Assembly (NCBI GenBank): GCA_977030845.1
Contig: OZ365110.1
Coordinates: forward strand, 20,832,001 to 20,896,000
Source of the DNA: Fimbriosthenelais zetlandica
Taxonomy: Eukaryota
Reading direction: 5' to 3'
Length of the DNA stretch: 64,000 nucleotides
Below are positions 24,678 to 36,862 of this stretch, piece after piece. The translations under genes were made by a program, and so were the position numbers. The notes under the pieces were generated by a model. That model saw only the letters and a program-made list of their open reading frames with translations, searched no databases and had not been told where the DNA came from. Within the stretch, counting starts at the first letter, position 1. Every line of letters begins with the position of its first letter.

Positions 24678-26330
24678 TTGTAGGTCATTGAGGTCATTGA
24701 TCGTGCTTTGATTTTTTGTGAAGATGTACATACTAGCAAAAGGTGGCTGGACAGGAAGGGCAGCAGTGCACGCCCCCTCGTAGAGGTAATCTAGAGGAAG
24801 AGGCAAACTCTTTTTGGCGTCAGACAGACGGGCAATAATGGATGCAACCTCCGTGTCACAGTTAATGGGTGGGCAACGTAGCCTTTACCCATACTGTCTC
24901 TTTACAGAACTCCCCATATCAATCCCTTAAAGTTCTTTTATGTCAGTGTTATTTCAGACAGCTGATTTCTGTGCGCGGCAACCTCCTATATTGAAGGTTG
25001 TTTTTCTGTGCGTTTTTCATGGGCCAATTTTCTACGCTGCATGCTTCAATATGAATATTTACACATTGATAAAAACCCCAGTAAATGAAGAAACAAGGCC
25101 CGGCCTTATAAGCTATCGTTTTATATGATAAGACTGAAGAGTGCGCTGGATTCCTGGCATAGCACCATATACTGTGTTCAGGCTCATTTCTGCAGATTTT
25201 TCATTTGACAGCCTGCAGGCAAAAACGCCTTGCTGCATTTACTTCAAGCACAGTCAAGATCAGACTTCACTTTCCCTCGTCTTGAACAATTTTACTCTGA
25301 AAACTTGAGTATTTTATCTCAGAGCATTTCTTTGCATTTGTTCTGATGACATTTGCCTGTAGTTTCTCGCGATGGTTTTGATGAAGTTCGTGCCTATTGC
25401 CTGCTTTTCTTAACTCTGCTACATGATTATGCTCTTTGCGTGTGAAGTGTGTCCCACCATCGTCATCAAGCCAACACTCATTCCATTCAAAATCTCCCGG
25501 AGAGAAATTCCATGAGCGTAGCAGAAATTGGAAATAACATTGTTCTATTTCACTAGCAAACTCAATTCTAGGTTATAGAATGAAATTGATGAACACTTCT
25601 GTATTCACTCTCTCAAATTGAATGGCAAAGAACTAGTAATTCATGGCTCCAATTAATTTAATGTAATTGAATTAGACTGCATTGGTTTTGAATTTTGCTG
25701 GTGTTTTTCGATGTATAGATGACGTTTAGTCAAGCTTGAATAGGAGCAAGAGGCAGTTTTGAGATTGATGTCAGAAGTTCCACACAATCTCTTCCGTCTG
25801 CTTGGCTCCTGTTTGATATATGCTAGAAGCTATTTCTGCCTGACTGCCCCCGCTAGCCCCCGTTTGGCTCACAATGGCTTATTGAAAGCGATCTCTCTGC
25901 TATATGGTCTGCTTTTTGCCTATAGGGCTCCATGGGCGATTAGTGCTGGGTGCATGGTGCCATATCAGAACCAACCCCTGTCTCTAACATTCGGATGATG
26001 GTTACAATAGCAGATGCTTTATTAGCAAAGTGGTCATTGTGTCCCAGACTGCAGAGGCTCCTTTAAGTACGAACAGCATGTCGGCCTAACCGGAACAAAA
26101 AGCTCTGAGTGTTTTTTCATAACCCATAAAATATGTTCGACATTAAGTTAAAATTGAATTAAAAAACAAGGCAAAATTTGTTTTGCCAAATCATTCAAGT
26201 CACTCGTCGAGTCACCGTATACTCGTATGATTCCACAACAAAAAGCATTGGCATCAATAACACAGAATAAATGTAACACTCTTTCATGAATAGGCCTAAT
26301 ACCTTAGCATTGTTGTGAAATATTCTATTA

Positions 26331-26624
26331 TTATTTTTTATCATAAGCCGATGATGCCAGTACTTTAAATTGTCTTTGTATATTTAACATAATCTCAGTG
26401 ATTTTTAATGTAATCCTGGAGGTGGCATTAAGGGAAATTTCAAGTTGATATGCTAACAAAAGATCCGTTATTGTCTCTCTTTGCCTATTATCAAGGTTCA
26501 CATGAAAGCCTTTTAAAAGCCGCCTGCTTTGCTGCGGCTGGCTTTTTTCCATCGGACTTGCGAAGAGGGGGCTGCCATATTCAAGGACTGATGCAACCAT
26601 TACAGGGCAGAACTGCACAATAAA
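26331..26624 (-). mobile_element. Decayed LINE (L2/CR1-group-like) fragment, region C-terminal to the RT core
   Basis: FIVQFCPVMVASVLEYGSPLFASPMEKSQ...RRLLK resembles the post-RT motif LVxFYxxVIRSVLEYACPVW/FHSSLxKxQ...QKRALK of L2/CR1-group elements. By-eye similarity only. Confidence 0.5.
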
Positions 26625-29600
26625 TCAAAGAACACATCAGAATACTTGTGTGGATAAGCCCCTTTTGTCATAAATCAGTGCCTAACATTGGCGTTTCCCT
26701 CGTGGTCTCTCGCCATTTCAAACAGAAACCTTCAGAACAGTGAGAACGCTATGAAATTGGTGCATGGCATTGGGCATGCATGATCCAACTTGCTCCCGTT
26801 GGTTCCAAATTCGATTTTCTATCAGCCCTCGTATTTGGCATGAGAAGTTACATCATCCTCCCCTACTTGTATTTGCTTCTATTATGAGTTGATTGGGGAG
26901 TTGCTCGTGAGGGGGCAGTTGTGGCTGTTGGAGCTCCTGCCTCCTCCCACCTTCCACCTCCCTCAGCTTTCCCAACTTACTCATCAACTCTATACTGGTG
27001 AGCCAACATGGGAATCAGGCCAAGGGATTAAAAGTCACACCCTCCTTGCAGCCAGTCCGTCCCCCATCCTAATTGAACCAGGGGGTATAATTATGCGAGT
27101 CAATATCGCCTATAGTGGCCCCGCAACCTCACTCGCTCAGACAGGAATTAAATGGCTACCTGACATCGTTCCTGCTATTGACTAACCCCACTACTACCAT
27201 CAAATCTCCATATTAACCTCCTAGACCTCTCAAGGTCGACGCCCCCATTTAATCACTTTTTTTTCTAGCTAAGTTCTTAAACGATTCTCTTCAAAGAATC
27301 CCAGGACCTGAGTTCTGCCCATAGCCAGATGAACACATTTACTGACCATATAAAAGGAACTACATTTTCATTGACAATTGGACTCTTTCCTTAATCTTTA
27401 TAAGGTGAGCAGTGCAACAATCTTGTTTTCTTGGCATCTAATCGACCTGCCGTCAGATTCTCTTCTGTCTTGATGCCTGCCGTCTGTAAAGAGACGCTGA
27501 ACCCAGGTTCTTGGCCTTGGTTTGTGGATTTTGTGAATAAGCAGCGCTTGGCCATGGGTGACCCGTGTCGCACCCAGTTAGCCTTGACAGATATTATCAC
27601 TGATCAGACGTACTGATCCATGCATCATTGCTCCATTCAGATATCCATGGTCACACTTATGGATTTATCTGGCGCAGACGATGTGGGTAGTTCTAATTGA
27701 ACAATAGAGTGCTTTATAACTCTTGAGACGCGTCCATATGTATCAAAGGGCCATGTCGGAAACATGTGTTGGTTTCCTTGGCTCAGTCGGGAGGGAGAGC
27801 AAGGGCCGGGTTTATGATTCCATGAGCATTGACCAGGGATAGAGCAATCGATAGACAGAGACCTTGTGGAGCTCTTTGAGGTTTTGCCTTTTTTGAAACA
27901 AGGTCAGCAGGGTGGTCAGATCAAAGGGCAGTGACAGGATCCAGTTGCCCTAGGGATGATTGGTTCAGATAGGAAATCAGAACACACGGTCATTTCTGTA
28001 TACTACTTGGTAATCTCAGCCTGTCCCTTTATGACATCCCTTCTCCCGAGCTGTTAAGTATATTTGCCCTATGAGTGATTCAACTACCTAGACTGCATAT
28101 GAACAGAAACGTTTATGAATAGAAAGCCAATCCAATCCAAATTAAATTGTTATTTTTAGAAAAAATACTTCAATTGTATGTGAGTTCTGCTATTTAATTG
28201 AGCCATTGCTTTGCAAGCTTTTAATCAAGACCAACGTCAGTTTACTGTTTACTGCCATTTTAGAGCTGGATGATGTTTTGATAGAACTTGTTCATGTACG
28301 CGGGAAGCTAGTTAACTTGAAGTTAGCACTCACTTACAGTGTGTAGTCTAGCATAGAGGGGGCGGGTGAGTAAGGCCCCTCCTCTCTCGCTCCTCCTGCC
28401 TCTCCTCAGCGCTATTTATATAGCTAGTTAAGATAAGGTAGCCTCCAGCAACATTAGAGCCTTCCCATATACTCACACTCCCTCTGGTGGTTATCAGACC
28501 AGTGATAACGAGAAGGGGTATACCAGAGCCTGTCTCTGAGGGACACTGTGCATCTTCTCCTTGGTTCCACTTGTCCCATTACCCTCACCCACTTCCCAAC
28601 CAGCCTCCACCAATATTTATGAGCATCCACTATTTCTTAAAAGAACAGGACTAATCACGCCCGCCTTTCTATGGGTTTGTGAAACCGGTGTTGGCTATGA
28701 ATAGGCAGAGATCACCGGCGAGCACTTAGCTGATAAGGGCGCCTTGCCTCGTGACCACACCCGCTATGGATTGTGGGGCAAGTGATCCTGCCGGGTGCCC
28801 CCACACCAGGCCCTAATTCCATTTGTGTTGGTCTGTACCAAGAAGCAAGCAGTTTGGGGGAATGGGTGGACATGTTCCATACTCCGGCTGTGTGTCGCCG
28901 CAGTAAGCATGTCCCCCTCCCAATAGCCATCTATATTAGATCAGACTATTTATGCCCATGTTCCACAGCCTCTCGTGGCTCAATTTATGCATTGACGGCC
29001 CACTCTTGATGTCACTATTTGGCAGGGTGGAGGAGGATTCCAGTCCGCTCTGGCTCCCCCTGGACGCCCGGAGTTGGCAAGGAAGAGTCAATCCTTTGTT
29101 TTATCACCCCACACTGGACTTCTTCCTGGAGACAAGAGGGCCCCTTCCCACAGAATGAGATCTACCCAGACTATATAGTAGGCTGTCTCACTCAGCCATG
29201 GGAGAGGGAGCAATTCCACCTCTCGTTCATACAGAATATGATAATGTAATTTACTCTTGCATAGAGAATCCCGTTGCTATGCCTTTTCATCTTTACTGCT
29301 GAATGCGGGTATTGCGTTGTGCAATTTATGGCATGCCATGTCATTGCATAACCATATTAAGCAATTTGTAATTAATGTTGATATAAGTGCATGTCACAGA
29401 TGGTTTGTCTCTGTGGTTTTTCTCAATTTCCCATACTTGCTTTCGAAAGCATGGGAGTATGACAAAATGCATTATGCAAGTGAAAAGCTGTCCTCTGTCT
29501 GGCCTTTTTTCTGACATTTTTTTTGGGTGTCACCGCTGTTGCTCCTTGCTATATAATGCCCAGATTCTTCTCCCTTTATTTCATAAAAGGATAATATGAA

Positions 29601-32600
29601 GGATGTGTAATTTTGGATACTAGATTAAACTTTTCGGTAAGATTAGAAAATATAATAATCTGGCCTTTTAGTGAAAAGCATTTGAACTCTTCACTTGGGA
29701 ATTGTAGAAGGTGCTCCGGTCTTCAATCATTGTAAGATCTAACGGTAATAAAGACTATGATGAGCTGTATACTGAATGCTACATAGAACAATTCATCAAT
29801 TCATTCTGGCTACTTAGATTTACTCCTCAGTCCTAAAAGCGCTAGTCCCCAGGAGGTGAGGCATTTCTCTGATGAATGGGTTGGGGCTCTCACCATGCAG
29901 GCCAGCTCCCCTACATAGGTTGTGAATGAAAATCAAAGGGAAGCCGTTGGGGTCTGTAATGTCTGGTTGGAGTATTGATCTACTAATGGTACAATATCAA
30001 TGTCCACTGGCGATTAGGTGTGCTGATCAACCACCCATCTCAACCGCCTCACTCCCAACCAGCCCCTCTGTTTTGGTGCTTCTCATGTTTGTTGCTCATG
30101 TACTGGGATTGGAGGTGTTATTCTAGCAAGAATCATTATTGTTATAAATACTGATTTCATAATACCAGAAAATGTCTCCACCCAAGACATGGCATTGTTC
30201 CGACAGCAGAGCCATGTTGTGAAGTGGCACACCAGTATGTAATATCGTAGTCTCGAACTAATAATTTCCCTGCTCACTTGTATATATATATTCAGATGCC
30301 TTTCCTATAAAATCATTGCAAATCCATCTATCTGCCTAACTATTCTATGAAGTCTATATCCATCGGCCCTTCAAAACACTTCTCCAAGTTGTTAAGCAAC
30401 CGTTTAATCTAACTCGGAGAGTATCCAAGAGTTTACGCTTGCTCCTACAAAGAAGCCAAATGGGCGATCACACTTAGAGTACAGCTAGACAAATGATGAC
30501 TGAGTCAAGTCGTCCCTCTGTATGGAGTTGTTCAAGGCAAGGAAAGATAGATTGGAGTAAGTGGAGGATGAAATGGTATTGACCGGTGGTGGGGTGGGGA
30601 TTTGCGGACTAGGGAGGGCGGAGTCTGGGGGCGTTGGATGGTGGATGGACAGGTCAAGCCATCTTAGAAGGACTTTCCATGGTCTGATCGCCTTTAGCAC
30701 GCGGCCAGGGTCTGAAAGGTTAGCAATGGGCGGACAGTGGTCACTACTTGTTCATACCAGTTGCTAGGTGCCAGCGGAATGAGGCTAATTTCATGTCAGA
30801 GCATTCTGGAAGGAATAGATTGGATCATGGTCATACAATGGACGCCATCTTCAAACGTCATTTCTCCTTGGCCATCCCATAATTGCACCTTTATGCCCCA
30901 AGGAAGCCTCACCCGGCTTAAATTGGATGTTGATTGCATGCTGGTGAATGGCTGTCTATTTTGGAAGTTTTTACAAAGGGATTTCTTTACTGTGCCTGGG
31001 AGCTGTATTTGACATCAAACAGTGGCAGGACAAAAATGCCTTTATAATATTGATGGTATTAGCCCTGTTTTCCCCCCGTTTACAAAGAGCTTATGTATCT
31101 GTCCAATTGCCAATGCGTTTCAGGGAATTCTGTTTCTATATTATTAGTAAATTAACCATTGTTAATGTTATAAAGCAAATTGCTAATGATCATAGACATC
31201 CTTTACCTATAGTATTCCATCGCCGTTTATATAGAGAGCGGGTAAAACGCATGTGTAGCCTCATTAGTTTTAATTCGTTTTAATTTATTGAATCAATCTA
31301 GAGTCCCATTCAAGTTAATTAATTTCATGTAGTTCTACTCTTTGATATGAAAAATGAAATTTGAATATTGAGTTAAAGCTGACATTCCGGATCCTAGCAT
31401 TTCTGGCTCATATGGGCCTTACAAAATAAAATGGCTCAGAAGCTGTCTTTAAATTTTCTGCCAGGATGAAACTTCAGTGAAAGAATGTCGTGACAAATGA
31501 GGATGGCTTTTTGTGCTTTATCCTCAAACCTATCTTTGGCTGAATGTTAACTCAGCTTGGATCTTGGTTACCATGCTAGGGTCGGACGGCCGCCATTAAA
31601 TCCTACATCCCATCCAGGGATCTGGCCATGCTGGGCCTCCTCGCTATCATGTCAATATTCTCAGTCCCCGCCCTCTGCCATGATTGCAGGCCAAGATTTA
31701 CAAGTATTTAAGACTAATATTTGGGGACTTAGCCTGGGCAGGCATTTAATGCCAGTGCGATGTGATATGCATATTGGCACAAGTCTTGAGTTGCCCATCT
31801 GACGGCTGGGAACTCAGGAATTTACATTTTATTGCATGTCTCATGTTCCCGTTCCCAATGCCTAGCATGCCCCACATTTTCCCCCGGTCTTTTTTTTACA
31901 ACCTGACTCTTTTAGAATGCCTCCTGTGCAATAAATGGATCGTGGTTAATTCAGCGTCTATTTGCTCACCTTAAATTCATAACCTGCGATATAAATTGAG
32001 CTAAATTGCTTGTCCCCTGCAGCCATAGCCATGAGCTACTCTTGATTGTGTGGATATCCATTATTCTTCATATTTCACTCTGGTTAATTCTGATAGATTT
32101 AATATAGCTCTCGGTATTAAAGCCTTACACAATGGGGGTCATTGGGATTGACCTCTCTCAGAGGCTATACTCCACCTGTAATGACCTCCAGCGGCACAAA
32201 GCCCTGAAATTGATTTTGGGATATATTATTCTCATTGTGCACTCTTGAAATTAGGGTTAGGTGCTTGACAGGTCAGGGCTTGCTAATGCACAGGACTTAG
32301 CCCCCCCCCCCCCCAACCCTCACCCCCATTCTTGCCGCCCTGCCACTGTCATTGATTGGTGGAGGAGGTGAATTACATAGGGAAGCATTAGTTTTATGGC
32401 CAGCTATTAGGGATCAATGAGGCGGCAAAGTCAACATTGATAAAGCACTGGTATCAGATTAGACACAGCTGCATCCTTCCGTGGGGCCGCTGTATCAATA
32501 TAACGAGTGCGAGTAGCATAGGCAAATGAGACTTGGATGCAGGTACCTGCTGCCAGGCGAATAGTTAGTAGTATATGGAAATGTCACTACATATTGTACA

Positions 32601-32853
32601 AACCAATCCAACATTCCTAACTGCATCAAGCGTTGGCTTTTGCTACCCAACAGGACTGGCTACTCAGACTCATTACATTCTGTTTTTTATAATTGAATAT
32701 CATCATATAAAAAGGCTCATATATATAATGCTCATTGCTGTTAATGATTAAGACTTTAATACTAAATTATCAAATGACAAGGTTTCATGCAAAGCCATTT
32801 TGAACAGTATTGTATGTGTTAGTAAATATATCCCCAAAAATCCCTTTAAATAT

Positions 32854-33600
32854 TTAAAATTCCCAACGGAGGTCAGAGGTGCCTGTACTGCCACATTGTA
32901 TGTTGTATTTGCATGGTAACCAAAAATCCTGCAGGCCCCACTGAGCGGCAAACCTGCCCATTTTCTTCAATGAATTGCCTGGCAAATAATGGTGCCTATC
33001 TTTTTTTCCATCTGTTGCTATTGTCAGATGAATTGCGGGCAGATTGGTAGGTGGGACTACCTGTGGGGAAGCTATCATTGACGTCCAATCAAACACTGTT
33101 CAGCCATGTATTGATACGGCCCCCCTATTGGCGTGCAGTCAGGCGTTACCTTATATGCTTAACAGCCCTAGCCCACTGTGCCAGCAATAACAGAATTGGC
33201 AAACTGCAATGATTATGAACAGCTCGATATTGCAAGCCATAAAGATATAAATCAGCTGACGATGGGTGGCTGTCATGTTGCCCTGCTGTAGAGACAATAA
33301 GGCAAGCCATGTGTCCTCAATGCTTTTGATGGCCTTCAACGTTGATGTAATAGCTGCAATTAGTCCTAATGCTTCTACTGGATTCAGCTTGGCTTATTGC
33401 ATTTTAAAAGGCATAAGTGTGCTCGCAATGAACTCCTAATTACAGGTTTGGTCATAGGTGTTACTGCTCGTCCACACGGCTGGTAATATTGCTGCATGTG
33501 TCTGGGCCCACTGTCCCAACTGAATTATCGATAAATATTCGGCCTTCGCATGGTTAGCCACCAAATTGACCAATTGCTTCTGGCTGGTAGGAAAACTTGA
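32854..33600 (-). mobile_element. Decayed coding remnant, possibly a DIRS/Ngaro gag-to-RT junction
   Basis: One frame of 249 codons with 5 internal stops. It contains AVWTSSNTYDQ (like the gag W..YD motif), a CQFCYCWH Cys/His cluster and VVPPTNLPAI (like the VTP start of Ngaro RT). Weak. Confidence 0.25.
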
Positions 33601-34469
33601 CTAACCAGTAATTAGCAGTGCCATCCCTCATTCATGCTTTAGTCTAGATAAAAAGTCATCAGCTTGTTAGTTCCTGCTTCCCTATTATTTGTGAATAATA
33701 AATATAAATCCCCTATTCCAGTCCTCACACTGGGGTGATATTAGTAAATATGGCTAGTGGTGGAGTAATGGAACCCCTATGAATATTCACTGGGGACGTT
33801 ACCAACATGCAGTATGGAATGATTGATGAGGGCATATTGATGGTAACCGGTACATTGGTATCACTTTGCATTTAGTTCCTATCTTTCATTTTGCTCGTAA
33901 TTACTCTAATAGGTGCTTCCTGGTCTGCAAGCCATTATGAAGTGTGTGGGGGCAGAAGTAACCCAACTGGAGACACATATGCCTCCCATGGCTGCTCCCC
34001 ATTTCACTGGTGTAAACTGCTGGTTAAAAAATGAGCTTCCACATGATAAATGACATAGCTGTTCAATTTCATGCCTTTTAGTAATGCTGTAGTATTTACT
34101 ACAATGCTTCTATTATAAGATCAGCCAGCAGGAGCTTGGATCTATTCATTTGTCAGTGTATGTGACTATAAGGGGATTTGTCGCTTTCCAGTTGGTAGTA
34201 GATTTCAGCAGAAATAGGGAGGGAAAAGGAGGATTACAATATGCTTGTTTCTGTCAGTACAGCCTGTTGGCTATAATTGGGAGTTTATTTATACGCCTCT
34301 TAGGGTAGGTGCCAAAATAATTGATGAGACTTGAAGGGGATCTTGGCAATCCTGTGATATACCAGCGAGGGGTGTTATATTGTCATTGTGAGCATTGATG
34401 TATATTGGTTTAGCTGTATGTGGGTCCGGCATTGTTCTCCTTCCCCTGATCAGACTGTGATCCATGAAC

Positions 34470-34620
34470 AATCTTCGATAGCCACCAGTACACCAACAGC
34501 CCGTCTCATGCTGCTTGCTTGTTGAGTGTTATCCCTTCCTATTGCCAGCTGTGTTGTCTTCCTCCACTGGCAAGAGGTGGATCTGAGTTGGCAGATCTCT
34601 CGAGACAAGAAAATAATCCG
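34470..34620 (-). mobile_element. Possible decayed LINE apurinic-like endonuclease fragment
   Basis: RIIFLSRE...AIGRDNTQQASSMRRAVGVLVAI has spacing like the APE motifs DII(C/F)LTETW ... FRRDR...GGGVLIAV. Weak and by eye. Confidence 0.3.
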
Positions 34621-35646
34621 AGTCCGCGTCCTAGCTGTAATGGTACATGTGACGTTAAGCGGCTTTTACGTGTAGACCAGGGCCAGGAGAGGGGTTTGGA
34701 CTGGAAGATAGGAAAACTAAGGTGTTACCACCTGGCAACTAAGGCAATATGATCACGAAACCCGAGCCTTACATTAGCTTTGTTAGCATGAAGGAGATTT
34801 GTTTATCAGTTCAATATTTTCCCCAACTGCCGGTTTTGTCTGATCCGTGCATGATGTCAATCTGCAGGGTGTGCTAGCCATTGTTATTGATGAAATGGTG
34901 TAAGGTTCTAAAGAAGAGTAGAAGATGAAGAATCTTAAAGCAATTTCTCACTTGCTAAATTATGTTTTATGATTGGGAAAAGCTTAATCTGCTTTCGGTG
35001 CCCCTGCATCAAAAGTATTCAATTTGCATTAAGGAGGCTCGAGGGTATTCTCGATTCTATTCAGATTATTCCCAAACTTGCCCCATTTGACCATTAGAGC
35101 ACTCTTTGACCACAGACGGGATTTTTTCCATCGCATATTTGAAATATAAGGTAACAAAATTTGGACAAATTCAGTATTTCCGCCAATGGGGAAATGGCTA
35201 CTTTCCCATTTCTCACCAAAATTCGTATTAGTTACCTGTCGATATCTTTTCAATTATAAAAGAGAAAAATTGAATTTTTACCATTTAGTATTTTTGCAAG
35301 GGGCCCTAGACAGTATAAGCTAAGTAACATAAACAAGGTCGGATCGGGCGCCAGCTGGGCGGTCTTCCTCTAAAATGACGATGTCAACTCTTCATTTCTG
35401 GCCATCCTATCATATGAACGTTTATTTAACACTTCCTCACACTGAATATTTTTTTCCTTGACGATTATCCCTCTTTTTATTCCTTTTTATGGCAGTCTGC
35501 GACAGTCAAACATAGCTCATCATAGCTGGCCGTCAAGCGGTCGCAATGTCGTAAAAATGAAATGATGAACATTTTACTTAAAAACACCCAATCAATGTTA
35601 TAAGTGAAGAAAAAACTCACACCAATGAATGTCGTAAAATAAGAGC

Positions 35647-35714
35647 CGGCAGCATGCCGGAATACGGCAGCACGGCGGAATACGGCAGCATGGCGGAATA
35701 CGGCAGCATGAATA
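35647..35714. repeat. 18-bp CpG-rich tandem repeat, about 3.8 units
   Basis: cggcagcatgccggaata / cggcagcacggcggaata / cggcagcatggcggaata / cggcagcatgaata. Confidence 0.9.
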
Positions 35715-35803
35715 CGTAATACGTCAGTTTTACCAAAATCTCATATTCTATTCAAACTCAAATTCAATTCAAACTGCTCATTCTGAATTTTTATCACTTG
35801 CAG

Positions 35804-35842
35804 GTAACTGGGAAGGGGTGAGAGTGGAAGGAAGCAGCCAGC
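35804..35842 (+). other. TLN1: 5' UTR portion of the talin start-codon exon
   Basis: Polypyrimidine tract and acceptor (tttttatcacttgcAG, AG at 35802-35803) lie 39 nt upstream of the ATG. This implies an upstream non-coding exon. Confidence 0.75.
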
Positions 35843-35978
35843 ATGGCGACGCTTTCATTAAAGGTATGCGTCGTTGGTAGCAATGTGACCAAGACGCTGC
35901 AGTTTGACCCGTCCACCATCATATTTGATGCCTGCCGCAGCATCCGCGAGAAAATACCTGAGGCTAATGCCGGCAATC
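35843..35978 (+). CDS. TLN1: Talin, coding exon 1 (F0 subdomain, aa 1-45 plus 1 nt)
   Basis: Translates to MATLSLKVCVVGSNVTKTLQFDPSTIIFDACRSIREKIPEANAGN, matching the talin N-terminus (human MVALSLKISIGNVVKTMQFEPSTMVYDACRIIRERIPEA). Start context is agcATGG, with an in-frame upstream stop (TGA 35819-35821). Donor C|GTAAGT at 35979, phase 1. Invertebrate talin is co-orthologous to vertebrate TLN1/TLN2, so the symbol is nominal. Confidence 0.97.
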
Positions 35979-36779
35979 GTAAGTATTCCTTTTACACTCA
36001 TATCCAAACCACTCCATTTATTGTACATTCTTCATTTGAAAAGAAGATTTCTCCCAAGCATGATTATTGTTCATCTTTTGACCCAGTCTTAATTTAAAGA
36101 CTGTATACAAGGAACGCATCAACAAAGCAGAGTAGACTTAATGTTAAGATAGATTGCCTAATGCATGTATTTGTACTGGAGGTAATGTGAGACGTGGGTG
36201 AGACATTGTGTATGTACATGAAGCTGCATGTTTGATGGATTCACTCCGCTTACAGAGTGCCTCTAATGATAAATGTGCAGTACATTTTAACTTTTCCCCT
36301 CAATGCATTACTCCTTGCATGCACCCGTGGAGACCCAAGAAGATAACACATGGCTTTCTTATGCGTGTGTCAAGCTCCTGGGGCCAACATCAATTAATGT
36401 CCACGTTAGCTTCCCCCGTGGCAGGACCTGTAACGTGCCTCCCCCATTAGATAGGCAAGATTCTTTCATGTATAGGATTTTCTCAGAAGGTCATGTAATC
36501 TGACCTGAATACATTAACTGTAATGTATTCATATAAACTGAATGGAAAATATGATGGTTGGCGCAGGTTTTTATGCTTTCCAGCATTCCTGCTCTTTTGC
36601 CAAAGCCACACGTTCCTGGAATAATGTGTTGCTTAAGTCTTTGAAATCACCTCGGAGATTATTAAACTTGTTATTCTTGTAAAATGTGTGGCAAAATTGG
36701 GCGCTCAAAAAGATTAATTGCAACGCACGAAAAAGTCAATACAGTTAGCTGAGCAGCTTCCTGCTCGCTCGCTTGCTCA

Positions 36780-36862
36780 TCTCTCTCTCTCTCCGTCTCT
36801 CCCCCCTCTCTCTATCTCTCCCTCTGAATCCTTGAGAGGAGAAGAGAGGGAGAGAGAGAGAG
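36780..36862. repeat. (CT)n-rich tract followed by a (GA)n-rich tract
   Basis: Pyrimidine tract 36780-36825, 8-nt spacer, purine tract 36834-36862. Confidence 0.85.
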
